From: Candidatus Nanopelagicales bacterium
GTDB taxonomy: Bacteria > Actinomycetota > Actinomycetes > S36-B12 > CAIYMF01
NCBI GenBank assembly: GCA_017882705.1
Contig: JADGOZ010000067.1
Coordinates: forward strand, 12,295 to 76,294
Direction of reading: 5' to 3'
DNA length: 64,000 nucleotides
Each line of letters begins with the position of its first letter. The stretch's first letter is position 1. The position numbers and the translations under genes were made by a program. A model generated the notes under the pieces. The model searched no databases. It saw nothing but the letters and a program-made list of their open reading frames with translations, and was not told the DNA's origin. Below are positions 44,456 to 53,626 of this stretch, piece after piece.

Positions 44456-44893
44456 TCAGACGCCGCGTAGGCGACGGACCAGGATGCTGTCCTCGCCCTT
44501 GGCCTCGAGGTCGGCGATCACCACGGCGATCGCCTCGCGCACGATCCGACCCCGGTCGACCGCGAGCCCGTGCTGGGCCCGCAGGACCAGCTTCGCCTGC
44601 TCGACGTCGACGAGCTCCTCAGGGGAGACGTAGACGGTGATCTTCTCCTCGTGCCGTTCGCGCCCGGTCGGACGACGGTCCCCGGCCCGGGGCCGACGAC
44701 GGCTGGGCGCCCGCGTGCTGCGCGCGGCCTCGGGCTCGCGCGGCGGCTCCACCGTCGCGACCGGGTCGGCCACCGGCGACATGGTCGCGGTCGCGGTGGG
44801 CGCGGCAGAGGTCGCGGCCTCGGCCGGCTCCGGCGAGTCGGAGGTCCGTCGGAAGAGCTCGTCGGCCCCCGGCAGCGTCGCTCGTCGGCTCAT
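44456..44893 (-). CDS. small basic protein with predicted C-terminal ribbon-helix-helix (ParG/omega-like), translationally coupled to parA
   Basis: 145 aa. The N-terminal 80 aa are disordered and Pro/Ala/Arg-rich. The C-terminus KITVYVSPEELVDVEQAKLVLRAQHGLAVDRGRIVREAIAVVIADL fits a beta-alpha-alpha RHH pattern. The ATG at 44893 overlaps the parA stop (ATGA). Confidence 0.5.
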   Translation of the reverse strand: MSRRATLPGADELFRRTSDSPEPAEAATSAAPTATATMSPVADPVATVEPPREPEAARSTRAPSRRRPRAGDRRPTGRERHEEKITVYVSPEELVDVEQAKLVLRAQHGLAVDRGRIVREAIAVVIADLEAKGEDSILVRRLRGV

Positions 44894-45858
44894 GGGGCCA
44901 GCACCTCCCGGGCGAGCTGCCGGTACGCCGTGGCGCCGGTCGAGCTCGACGCGTACGTCGTGATCGGTTCGCCCGCCACGGTGGTCTCGGGGAACCGCAC
45001 GGTGCGGGCGACGACCGTGCGGAAGACCTTGTCGCCGAACGCATCCACGACCCGGGCGAGAACCTCGCGCCCGTGCAGCGTGCGCGAGTCGTACATCGTG
45101 GCAAGAATTCCCTCAACCTCAAGTCGAGGGTTAATCCTTTCCTGGACGCGATAGATGGTGTCCATGAGGAGAGCCACGCCACGGAGGGCGAAGTACTCGC
45201 ACTCCAACGGGATGATGACGCCGTCGGAGGCGGCGAGCGCATTCACCGTGAGCAGCCCGAGTGACGGCTGGCAGTCGATCAGGATGATGTCGTACTCCCC
45301 CAGCACCGGCGTCAGCGCGCGCGCCAGCGTCTGCTCACGTGCGACCTCGGACACGAGCTGCACCTCGGCGGCCGACAGGTCGATGTTGCCGGGCAGCAGG
45401 TCCAGGCCGGGGACGCCGGTCTTCAGCAGCACCTCGTCGATCGAGACGTCTCGCTGCATCAGCAGGTTGTAGACCGTGAGGTCGAGCTCGTGCGGGTTGA
45501 CGCCCAGGCCGACCGACAGGGCGCCCTGCGGATCGAAGTCGATCAGCAGGACCTTACGACCGGCCTCGGCCAGCGCAGCCCCGAGGTTGATGGTCGAGGT
45601 GGTTTTGCCGACCCCGCCCTTCTGGTTGCACAAGGCGATCACCCGGGCCGGTCCGTGCTCGGTCAGCACAGGCGGTTCAGGGAACTCGATCCTGGGCCGC
45701 CCGGTGGCATCCAGGACGACCTCGTCCGGCTCCGTGAACGGCGGAGTCTCGGCCTCGACCGCGGACTCGACGACGACCTCGGCGACGGGCTGGACACCCT
45801 CGCCGGCTCCCCCGGTCCCCGCGTCGTCCGCAGCGGACCAATTTGTCGACATACTCAC
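44890..45858 (-). CDS. ParA/Soj-family ATPase (Rv1708 / PldP-like)
   Basis: Deviant Walker A CNQKGGVGKTTSTINLG, then LLIDFDPQG ... IDCQPSLG. The start is GTG 45858 or ATG 45852. An N-terminal extension of about 65 aa is present. Confidence 0.88.
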   Translation of the reverse strand: MSMSTNWSAADDAGTGGAGEGVQPVAEVVVESAVEAETPPFTEPDEVVLDATGRPRIEFPEPPVLTEHGPARVIALCNQKGGVGKTTSTINLGAALAEAGRKVLLIDFDPQGALSVGLGVNPHELDLTVYNLLMQRDVSIDEVLLKTGVPGLDLLPGNIDLSAAEVQLVSEVAREQTLARALTPVLGEYDIILIDCQPSLGLLTVNALAASDGVIIPLECEYFALRGVALLMDTIYRVQERINPRLEVEGILATMYDSRTLHGREVLARVVDAFGDKVFRTVVARTVRFPETTVAGEPITTYASSSTGATAYRQLAREVLAP

Positions 45859-46024
45859 AAGCAGACTCAGCTCTGTCTCGATAGGGAATCTGATCGCCTT
45901 GGCGACGACGCCGTCACCCTAGGACCGTCGAGGACCGCATGACAAGGCAGGACCGGCGCCGATGCGCCCGACGCCGTGGCCCCGACCAGCGGCGGCGCCC
46001 CGGTCGGGCGGGTATCGTCGCAGG

Positions 46025-47032
46025 TCAGCCGCGTGCGCGTGGATGTGCGACGGCGTAGACCTCACGCAAGCGATCGACCGTGACGAGCGTGTAGATCTGC
46101 GTCGTCGTGACCGAGGCGTGGCCGAGCAGCTCCTGCACGACCCGGACGTCGGCCCCGCCGTCAAGCAGGTGCGTGGCGAACGAGTGCCGCATCGTGTGCG
46201 GGGAGACGTCCGCGGTGACCCCGGACCGCTCCACCGCAGCGGCCAGGATCGTCCAGGCGCTCTGCCGGGTCAGACGTCCGCCGCGATGGTTGACGAACAG
46301 CGCCGGTCTCCCGGCGCCGCCACCGACCAGCGCCGGCCGCCCGCGCACGAGATAGGCCTCCACCGCCGCGACGGCCAGCCGGCCGACCGGCACGACTCTC
46401 TCCTTGCCGCCCTTCCCGCGTAGCAGGACCGACGCCGAGTCCCGGTCGAGGTCGTCCACGTCGAGCCCGACAGCCTCGGAGATCCGCGCTCCGGTCGCGT
46501 ACAGCACCTCGAGCAGGGCGCGGTCGCGCAGGGCGCGCGGCGTGCCTTCGGGCCCCGCGGCGTCCAGGATCGCCTCGACCTCGGCGACCGTGATCGCCTT
46601 CGGGAGCTTCTGGGCCAGGGTCGGCGGCCGCACGTCCTTGCCCGGGTCGGTGGTCGTGATGCCCTCGCGCGCGGCGAAGCGGTGGAACCCGCGGACGGCG
46701 ACGACCGCACGGCCGGCCGACGAGGCGGCCAGCGGGCGGTGGTCCACGTCGCCCTGGCGCAGCGCCACGAGGAAGTCGGCGATGTCGCTCTCCCGGACCT
46801 CCGACGCCTCGGTGATGCCGCGCTCGGCGCAGAACGCGAGATAGCGGGTCAGGTCACGGCGGTAGGCGGCCAGCGAGTTGGTAGCCAGGCCGCGCTCCAC
46901 CTGGAGGTGATCGAGGTAGAGCCGGACGGCGCGGGCGAGCGGCGAGGGGCGCGGGACGGGCGCGGTCTCGCGCTCGTCCCCCTCGGCGTCCCGAGGCTCC
47001 TCGTCGGTCACGCCCGACACCGTACCTGACAT
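46025..47032 (-). CDS. xerD: site-specific tyrosine recombinase XerD
   Basis: The N-terminal SAM-like domain is [23 protein letters not shown]. The catalytic region includes ATGARISEA ... [37 protein letters not shown]. The position matches Rv1701. The ATG at 47032 is chosen. Confidence 0.9.
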   Translation of the reverse strand: MSGTVSGVTDEEPRDAEGDERETAPVPRPSPLARAVRLYLDHLQVERGLATNSLAAYRRDLTRYLAFCAERGITEASEVRESDIADFLVALRQGDVDHRPLAASSAGRAVVAVRGFHRFAAREGITTTDPGKDVRPPTLAQKLPKAITVAEVEAILDAAGPEGTPRALRDRALLEVLYATGARISEAVGLDVDDLDRDSASVLLRGKGGKERVVPVGRLAVAAVEAYLVRGRPALVGGGAGRPALFVNHRGGRLTRQSAWTILAAAVERSGVTADVSPHTMRHSFATHLLDGGADVRVVQELLGHASVTTTQIYTLVTVDRLREVYAVAHPRARG

Positions 47033-47102
47033 AACCAAGGCCCTCGGTCGCCGAGCAGCGCGGGACTCCGCAGCACCGAGCGCCACCGGAGGTGGACGCG
47101 CG

Positions 47103-48479
47103 TCAGTCGATGGCGTGCAGCCGCGCGTAGGAACCGCCGCCGATCCAGAGCCGTCGGACCCGGCCGTCGTCGGCCCGCTGGAACCGGGCGGGCTCCCCCG
47201 ACGCCCGGTTGCCGGGCTCGACGGTGAACACGTCGGGGTCGTCGGTGGGCAGCAGCTCGATCGGGGGTGCGTCAGGCTGCACCAGCGCGAGGGCTCCGTC
47301 GCGCCACTCGATCCGGACCAGCTCCGCGAAGACGTCCGCCTGCGCGTACACGCCGAGGAGGTCGGCGTACGCCGGAGGCATGGGAGCCGGCGGGACGATC
47401 ACCGGCTCGGCCTCGAGCAGCGCGCTGCGGGCGATCGCCCCCAGGGACATCGCGATGGCGCCGGACTGGCCCATGCCGTTGATGAGCACGACGGCGCCGA
47501 CGCGCTCCTTCGGGTCGAAGCAGACCGACGACCGGAAGCCGAGCAGGCTGCCGCCGTGCTGCACCCACACGACGTCGTCCTTGCGCACGCCGTACCAGCC
47601 GAGGCCGAAGGCGCTCGTCCACGTCTCGTCGGCGAGGTAGCGCGGGGTGCGCATCTCGCGGCGGGTGCCGTGCGACAGGACGCCGACATGACGCTCGTCG
47701 TCGTCCTTCTCGAGCCAGAACGCCGCCCAGCGCGCGAGGTCCTCGACGCAGGACCACAACCCGCCCTCGGACGAGACCATCTCGAGCGGCTCGGTCACCT
47801 CCGCCAGCTCGTCGGACATCCAGCGACCGGAGTACGGCGTGGCCTGGTCGACCACCAGGTCCGGAGGCAGCGGGGCGAGCGTCGTGCGGGTCATGCCCAA
47901 CGGCTCGGTGATGCGCGAGCGCAGGTGCTCCGCGTAGCTCACCCCGGCGAGGCGCGCGACCACCTCGCCGAGCAGCTGGTAGCCGAGGTTCGAGTACTTC
48001 TCCTGCGTCGCCACGGGCACCCGCGTCCCGATCTCCGCGGCTCGGGCGAGGTTCACCAGGACGTCGCCCTCGTAGCGCCCGATCGACCAGTCCGTGCGCG
48101 GCGGCTCGCTCTGGAAGCCGGACTGGTGCGCGAGCAGGAGCCGCAGGGTCACCGCCTCGATGGGTCCAGCGGTCGGCTGCACGGCGGCGAGCTCGGGGAT
48201 GTGCTCGACGACGGGGTCGTCGAGGCCGAGGAGCCCGTCGTCGCGCAGCTGCAGGACGGCGGTGGCCGTGAACGTCTTCGTGATCGAGGCGACGCGGTGC
48301 AGCGTCGACGGGTCGGCGACCACGCGGGACCTGACGTCCGCGAAACCCGTGCTGCCGCTCCAGACGAGTCGGCCGTCGTGCACGACTCCCGCGGTCGCAC
48401 CCGGGAGCCGGTGCTCCTTGACGAACGCGGCCAGCGTCGTCTGCAGCTTCGCGGACGCGCCCTCGACCGGGTCGTTCAT
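47103..48479 (-). CDS. serine hydrolase, beta-lactamase/DD-peptidase (class C-like) family
   Basis: The SxxK motif (ASITKTF) and YxN motif (KYSNLGY) are present. 458 aa with an extra C-terminal domain. Confidence 0.85.
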   Translation of the reverse strand: MNDPVEGASAKLQTTLAAFVKEHRLPGATAGVVHDGRLVWSGSTGFADVRSRVVADPSTLHRVASITKTFTATAVLQLRDDGLLGLDDPVVEHIPELAAVQPTAGPIEAVTLRLLLAHQSGFQSEPPRTDWSIGRYEGDVLVNLARAAEIGTRVPVATQEKYSNLGYQLLGEVVARLAGVSYAEHLRSRITEPLGMTRTTLAPLPPDLVVDQATPYSGRWMSDELAEVTEPLEMVSSEGGLWSCVEDLARWAAFWLEKDDDERHVGVLSHGTRREMRTPRYLADETWTSAFGLGWYGVRKDDVVWVQHGGSLLGFRSSVCFDPKERVGAVVLINGMGQSGAIAMSLGAIARSALLEAEPVIVPPAPMPPAYADLLGVYAQADVFAELVRIEWRDGALALVQPDAPPIELLPTDDPDVFTVEPGNRASGEPARFQRADDGRVRRLWIGGGSYARLHAID

Positions 48480-48534
48480 GTCAGCCTCCCCCTCGTCGGG
48501 GCGACGCTAGCGCGGGCGACGGGGACCGGTGCGC

Positions 48535-48581
48535 GAAACGAGGAAGGGCCGGCCCGTCGCGGCTCAGCCCTTCCTCGTTTC
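48535..48581 (-). terminator. intrinsic terminator hairpin downstream of ald
   Basis: Perfect 15-bp stem GAAACGAGGAAGGGC (48535-48549) / GCCCTTCCTCGTTTC (48567-48581), starting 9 nt after the ald stop. Confidence 0.75.
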
Positions 48582-48589
48582 TCCGAGCG

Positions 48590-49708
48590 TCAGACCAGCG
48601 CGCTCTCCAGCGACACCGACTCGATGTCCTCGAAGGCCTCGGCCACCGCGGGGTAGGTGATCCGACCCTCGTGGGTGTTGAGCCCGAGCGCGAGCGACCG
48701 GTCGTCGCGGCAGGCCTGCTTCCAGCCCTTGTTGGCCAGGGCCACGGCATAGGGCAGCGTCACGTTGGTGAGCGCGTACGTCGACGTGTAGGGAACCGCG
48801 CCCGGCATGTTGGCGACGCAGTAGAAGACCGAGTTGTGCACCCTGTAGGTCGGGTCCGCGTGCGTGGTGGGACGCGAGTCCTCGAAGCAGCCGCCCTGGT
48901 CGATCGCGATGTCGACGAGTACCGAGCCCGGCTTCATCCGCGAGACGAGCTCGTTGCTCACGAGCTTCGGCGCCTTGGCACCCGGCACCAGGACGGCGCC
49001 GATGACCATGTCGGCATCGAGGACGGCGCGCTCGATCTCGTAGGCGTTGGACGCGATGGTCTGCACGTGACCCTGGTAGATCGCGTCCATCTGACGCAGG
49101 CGCGCGATGTTGAGGTCGAGCAGGAGCACCTCGGCCTGCATGCCGAGCGCGATCGCGGCCGCGTTCTGGCCGGAGACGCCGCCACCGAGGACGACGACCT
49201 TCGCGGCGTAGGTGCCGGAGACACCGCCCATGAGGACGCCGCGGCCACCGTTCGCGCGCATCAGCGCGTGGGCACCGACCTGCGGCGCGAGCCGACCCGC
49301 GACCTCGGACATCGGGGCGAGCAACGGGAGCGACCGGTCCGGGAGCTCGACGGTCTCGTAGGCGATCGCGGTCACGCCGCGGGTGATGAGGGCGTCGGTG
49401 CACTCGCGCGAGGCGGCGAGGTGCAGGTAGGTGAAGAGGGTCTGGCCCTCGCGCATGCGGTGGTGCTCCTCCGCGATGGGCTCCTTCACCTTGAGGATCA
49501 GGTCGCCCGTCGCCCAGACCTCGTCGGCCGTGGCGAGGATCGTGGCGCCCGCGGCGACGTACTCCTCGTCGGTGATCGACGAGCCGAGGCCGGCGCCCTG
49601 CTGCACGGACACCTCGTGGCCGTGGCGTGCGAGCTCGAACACGCCGGCCGGCGTGATGGCCACGCGGTACTCGTGGTTCTTGACCTCGCTGGGGATTGCG
49701 ACCTTCAC
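48590..49708 (-). CDS. ald: alanine dehydrogenase
   Basis: [23 protein letters not shown] ... [14 protein letters not shown]. The GTG at 49708 has GGAGG 7 nt upstream. The ORF's upstream 24 codons are judged non-coding. Confidence 0.92.
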   Translation of the reverse strand: MKVAIPSEVKNHEYRVAITPAGVFELARHGHEVSVQQGAGLGSSITDEEYVAAGATILATADEVWATGDLILKVKEPIAEEHHRMREGQTLFTYLHLAASRECTDALITRGVTAIAYETVELPDRSLPLLAPMSEVAGRLAPQVGAHALMRANGGRGVLMGGVSGTYAAKVVVLGGGVSGQNAAAIALGMQAEVLLLDLNIARLRQMDAIYQGHVQTIASNAYEIERAVLDADMVIGAVLVPGAKAPKLVSNELVSRMKPGSVLVDIAIDQGGCFEDSRPTTHADPTYRVHNSVFYCVANMPGAVPYTSTYALTNVTLPYAVALANKGWKQACRDDRSLALGLNTHEGRITYPAVAEAFEDIESVSLESALV

Positions 49709-49778
49709 GACAGTGCCTCCGTAGCCCGATGGTGCGATTGTCGAGAAGAATGGACCCAGAGCCAGGAAATCGGGAGTC

Positions 49779-50324
49779 ATGCTGAATCAGATTCGGTATT
49801 GTCTGCCCATGGTCGCATCCCGTTCAGCCAAGCGTGCCCCCGCGTCATCAGCTCCGAATCCGGTGCACAGGCCGCTGGACGCGATCGACCGCGAGATCCT
49901 CACCGAGCTCGTCCGCGACGGCCGGCTCCCCAACAACGTCCTCGCCGAGCGGCTCGGCATCGCCGCCTCGACGTGCCTGCTGCGCACCCAGAACCTGATG
50001 AAGCGCGGGGTCATCCGCGGGTTCCGTGCCGACGTCGACCACTCGCTGGTCGGGGCCGACCTGCAGGCAATCGTGTCGGTCCGCGTGCGCCCGGGTGCTC
50101 GCGGCAGCCTGCTCGACCTCGGCCAGCGCCTCGCGCACGAGCCGGGGGTGCTCAACGTCTACTTCGTCGCGGGAGCGTTCGACTTCCTCGTCCACGTCGC
50201 GGCGTCCGACACCGAGGGACTGCGCAACTTCGTCACCCAGACCCTCTCGGCGCGACCCGAGACCGAGTCGACGCAGACCAGCCTGGTGTTCGAGCACATC
50301 CCGGGTGCGGGGATCGCCCTCTAG
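49779..50324 (+). CDS. Lrp/AsnC family transcriptional regulator (AldR-like, divergent from ald)
   Basis: LDAIDREILTELVRDGRLPNNVLAERLGIAASTCLLRTQNLMKRGVI is the HTH, followed by a RAM/ACT-like C-terminus. The arrangement mirrors Rv2779c-Rv2780. The start is ATG 49779 or ATG 49809. Confidence 0.85.
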   Translation: MLNQIRYCLPMVASRSAKRAPASSAPNPVHRPLDAIDREILTELVRDGRLPNNVLAERLGIAASTCLLRTQNLMKRGVIRGFRADVDHSLVGADLQAIVSVRVRPGARGSLLDLGQRLAHEPGVLNVYFVAGAFDFLVHVAASDTEGLRNFVTQTLSARPETESTQTSLVFEHIPGAGIAL

Positions 50325-51016
50325 GAGCGGTGCGCTCGAGAGCGGTCGTTGTCCACGACGGTCGCGCGCTGCGGCCAGGGGCTGTCGGCCGCGCGCAGCG
50401 ACTCCCAGCCCCCGATGCGCGAGGCGTACGCCGCCAGCACTCCGGCAATGGTCAGCGGCGCCGAGAACCGCCCCCCGAGCACGGCCGCCACGGCGTCCTC
50501 GAGCGCGACCCAGGTGAGCGGCATGTCGCGCTCCTCGCCGTCGCCCGCCGGACGGCCGCCCGGCGCCGGTGCGGGGTCGCGTGCCAGGTAGCAGCGGATG
50601 GTCTCGCTGGAGCCACCGGGTGAGTTCTCGAGATCCACGAGCACGTCCCAACGGCCCGCGACCAGGCCGGCCTCCTCGACGAGCTCGCGCGCCGCACCGT
50701 CGAGCGGGCTCTCGTCGGCGACGTCGAGGAGACCGGCCACCGGCTCCCACAGCAGCATCCCCACCGGGTGGCGGTACTGCCGCACCAGCAGGACACGGTC
50801 GTGCGCGTCGATCGCCAGCACGGCGACGGCGCCCGGGTGCGCGACGTACTCGCGCACGACGGTCTGCCCGTCGCCGAGGTCGACGGTGTCACGACGCAGA
50901 TCCCAGACCCGGCCCTGCATGACGATCTCGGACTGCACCACGCGGCGCGGGTCCGGCTCGTCGGCGAGCGCGGTGGTGTCCCCCGGCCAGGTGGGGTCGA
51001 GGACGAAGTCGGTCAC
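50321..51016 (-). CDS. NUDIX hydrolase (ADP-ribose pyrophosphatase-like, Rv1700-like)
   Basis: The NUDIX box is GLLDVADESPLDGAARELVEEAGL. The GTG at 51016 lies 1 nt after the pyrG stop. Confidence 0.85.
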   Translation of the reverse strand: MTDFVLDPTWPGDTTALADEPDPRRVVQSEIVMQGRVWDLRRDTVDLGDGQTVVREYVAHPGAVAVLAIDAHDRVLLVRQYRHPVGMLLWEPVAGLLDVADESPLDGAARELVEEAGLVAGRWDVLVDLENSPGGSSETIRCYLARDPAPAPGGRPAGDGEERDMPLTWVALEDAVAAVLGGRFSAPLTIAGVLAAYASRIGGWESLRAADSPWPQRATVVDNDRSRAHRS

Positions 51017-51017
51017 G

Positions 51018-52676
51018 TCAGACGTTCGCGAGCGCGGGCGTGACGCCGCGACGGGCGAGCGCCGCCTCGACGAGTCCGCGGAAGAGCGGGTGCGCCTTGG
51101 TCGGGCGCGAGCGCAGCTCGGGGTGGGCCTGCGTCGCGACGTAGTAAGGATGCACGTCGCGCGGCAGCTCGACGAACTCCACGAGCCGACCGTCGGGCGA
51201 CGTGCCCGAGAACCAGAGCCCGGCCTCCTCGAGGCGGCCGCGGTAGTCGTTGTTGACCTCGTAGCGGTGGCGGTGGCGCTCGTCGACGTAGGTCTCGCCG
51301 TAGACCTCGCGCACGAGCGACCCGTCGGCGAGCTTGGCGGGGTAGAGGCCCAGGCGCATCGTGCCGCCCATGTCGCGCTCCCCCGCGACGACATCGCGCT
51401 GGTCGGCCATCGTGGCGATGACGGGGAACGGTGTCGCCTCGTCGAACTCGGCCGAACCGGCGCCCTCGAGCCCGGCGACCGTGCGGGCGTACTCGATGAC
51501 CATGCACTGCAGGCCGAGGCAGAGACCGAGGGTCGGGATGCCGTGCTCGCGGGTGTAGCGCAGCGCCGCGAGCTTGCCCTCGATGCCACGTACGCCGAAT
51601 CCTCCCGGCACGCAGACCGCGTCTACATCGCCGAGGAGCCGCTCGGCGCCCTCCGGCGTCACGCAGTCGTCGGAGGTGACCCAGCGGATGTTGACCCGGC
51701 AGTCGTTGGCGAAGCCGCCGGCACGCAGCGCCTCGGTCACCGAGAGGTAGGCGTCCGGGAGGTCGACGTACTTGCCGACGAGCGCCACGGTCACCTCGTG
51801 CGCCGGGTGGTGCACGCGACGGAGGAGCTGGTCCCATGCGGTCCAGTCGACATCGCGGAACGGCAGGTCGAGGCGGCGTACGACGTAGGCGTCGAGCCCC
51901 TCGGTGTGCAGCACCTTGGGGATGTCGTAGATGCTCGGGGCGTCGACGGCGGCCACGACGGCCTCGACGTCGACGTCGCACATGAGCGAGACCTTGCGCT
52001 TGATGCTGGCGGGCACCTCGCGGTCGGCCCGCAGCACGATGGCGTCGGGCTGGATACCGATGTTGCGCAGGGCTGCGACGGAGTGCTGCGTCGGCTTCGT
52101 CTTCAGCTCGCCCGACGGCCCGATGTAGGGCAGCAGCGAGACGTGCAGGAAGAAGACGTTGTCGCGACCGATCTCGTGACGGATCTGACGGATCGCCTCG
52201 AGGAACGGGAGCGACTCGATGTCACCCACCGTGCCGCCGACCTCGGTGATGACGACGTCGACGTCCGGGCTCGCCATCCGGCGGATGCGCGACTTGATCT
52301 CGTTGGTGATGTGGGGGATCACCTGGACGGTGTCGCCGAGGTACTCGCCGCGACGCTCCTTGGCGATCACCTGGGAGTAGACCTGACCGGTCGTGACGTT
52401 GGCCGACCCGTGCAGGTCGACGTCGAGGAAGCGCTCGTAGTGACCGATGTCGAGGTCGGTCTCGGCGCCGTCGTCGGTGACGAACACCTCGCCGTGCTGG
52501 AACGGGTTCATCGTGCCCGGATCCACGTTGAGGTAGGGATCCAGCTTCTGCATCGTCACGCGGAGACCGCGCGACTTCAGCAGGTTGCCGAGCGAGGAGG
52601 CCGTGAGCCCCTTGCCCAGGGAGGAGGCGACTCCTCCGGTGACGAACAGGTGCTTGGTCGTCTGCGGGTTGCTCAC
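51018..52676 (-). CDS. pyrG: CTP synthase
   Basis: [16 protein letters not shown] ... the GATase domain [12 protein letters not shown] ... HRHRYEVN. Confidence 0.96.
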   Translation of the reverse strand: MSNPQTTKHLFVTGGVASSLGKGLTASSLGNLLKSRGLRVTMQKLDPYLNVDPGTMNPFQHGEVFVTDDGAETDLDIGHYERFLDVDLHGSANVTTGQVYSQVIAKERRGEYLGDTVQVIPHITNEIKSRIRRMASPDVDVVITEVGGTVGDIESLPFLEAIRQIRHEIGRDNVFFLHVSLLPYIGPSGELKTKPTQHSVAALRNIGIQPDAIVLRADREVPASIKRKVSLMCDVDVEAVVAAVDAPSIYDIPKVLHTEGLDAYVVRRLDLPFRDVDWTAWDQLLRRVHHPAHEVTVALVGKYVDLPDAYLSVTEALRAGGFANDCRVNIRWVTSDDCVTPEGAERLLGDVDAVCVPGGFGVRGIEGKLAALRYTREHGIPTLGLCLGLQCMVIEYARTVAGLEGAGSAEFDEATPFPVIATMADQRDVVAGERDMGGTMRLGLYPAKLADGSLVREVYGETYVDERHRHRYEVNNDYRGRLEEAGLWFSGTSPDGRLVEFVELPRDVHPYYVATQAHPELRSRPTKAHPLFRGLVEAALARRGVTPALANV

Positions 52677-52740
52677 GGGGGACCAGATTATCAGCCGGGC
52701 AGGACAGCGGTCGACGGTGACGCTCGCGTGTTCGCCCCGG

Positions 52741-53574
52741 TCACCCGGCAGGCGGCACGAGCATGGCCCCGACGCGCAGGATGGCCCGGGCGTACGTCGC
52801 CGCCAGGGTCGACGGCACCGTCAGCGGCAGCTCGACGGTCACACCGACACCCGGGTGGTCCTGGTTGAACCACTGGGTCAGGGTCCCGTGGCACGGCCCC
52901 GTGCTGCAGGGGACGTCGACCGCACGCAGGTGCAGGGCCGCGGACAGGCGCAGCGACCAGATCCGCGCCTTCCCCGTCCCGAGGTCGACGGCGTTGAAGT
53001 GCTGGTGCAGGGAGACCACGAGGTCGGGTCGCAACCGGTCCAGGAAGGGCATCATCGCCCGCACCTCGGGCTCGGACGCCGGCGCGCGACCGGGCCAGAA
53101 GTAGGCGCGGTTGGTGTAGCCCGGGCTCCACAGGTAGGGGAAGTTGCGGTTGAGGTCGACGCCGTGCGCGTTCGGGCGGCTCCCCCGCGCCGCGCCGTCC
53201 GGGTTCATCGACACGATGGTCCAGACCTGCACCTGCGACGGCGGCGCGAGCCGGCGCACGGCGGCGACGACGTCGCGACCACGCGACTCGGTGCCGTGCA
53301 TCTGCCCGAGCACCAGCAGGACGTACGGCGCCGTCGCGGGTCCCTGCCGGGTGGCGACGATCGCCCGGCCCTGCACCGACCGGCCGACCACGAGCGTGGC
53401 CGGGGCCTGCGCCCGCCACGCCCGCGCGAGGTCGGCGGCCGAGCGTGCCACGTGGTTCGGAGGCGCCGGCACCGGAGGTGCCTGCGTCGCGCGGGCGCCG
53501 GCGGCCGGCACCAGCGCCACCGCGAGCGCGGTGGCGACGGCGAGCACGGTGGTGCTGACGCGGGAGCCTCTCAC
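52741..53574 (-). CDS. M14-family zinc carboxypeptidase (MpaA/gamma-D-Glu-DAP peptidase-like), secreted
   Basis: Signal peptide [24 protein letters not shown]. Zinc motif [10 protein letters not shown] (HxxE), then NPDG, DLNRNF and SLHQH. GTG 53574 is chosen as the start. Confidence 0.75.
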   Translation of the reverse strand: MRGSRVSTTVLAVATALAVALVPAAGARATQAPPVPAPPNHVARSAADLARAWRAQAPATLVVGRSVQGRAIVATRQGPATAPYVLLVLGQMHGTESRGRDVVAAVRRLAPPSQVQVWTIVSMNPDGAARGSRPNAHGVDLNRNFPYLWSPGYTNRAYFWPGRAPASEPEVRAMMPFLDRLRPDLVVSLHQHFNAVDLGTGKARIWSLRLSAALHLRAVDVPCSTGPCHGTLTQWFNQDHPGVGVTVELPLTVPSTLAATYARAILRVGAMLVPPAG

Positions 53575-53626
53575 CCGACCGACCCTACGAGCCGAGCGGT
53601 CGCAAGGGCGGCCGACGCTGCGGACG

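Noticed and set aside
46025-47032. Tyrosine recombinase as a mobile-element integrase
   Set aside because: The full-length XerD-type sequence ([12 protein letters not shown]...[14 protein letters not shown]) sits in the conserved NUDIX-xerD-parA-scpAB synteny, as at M. tuberculosis Rv1700-Rv1710. It is a housekeeping dimer-resolution recombinase.
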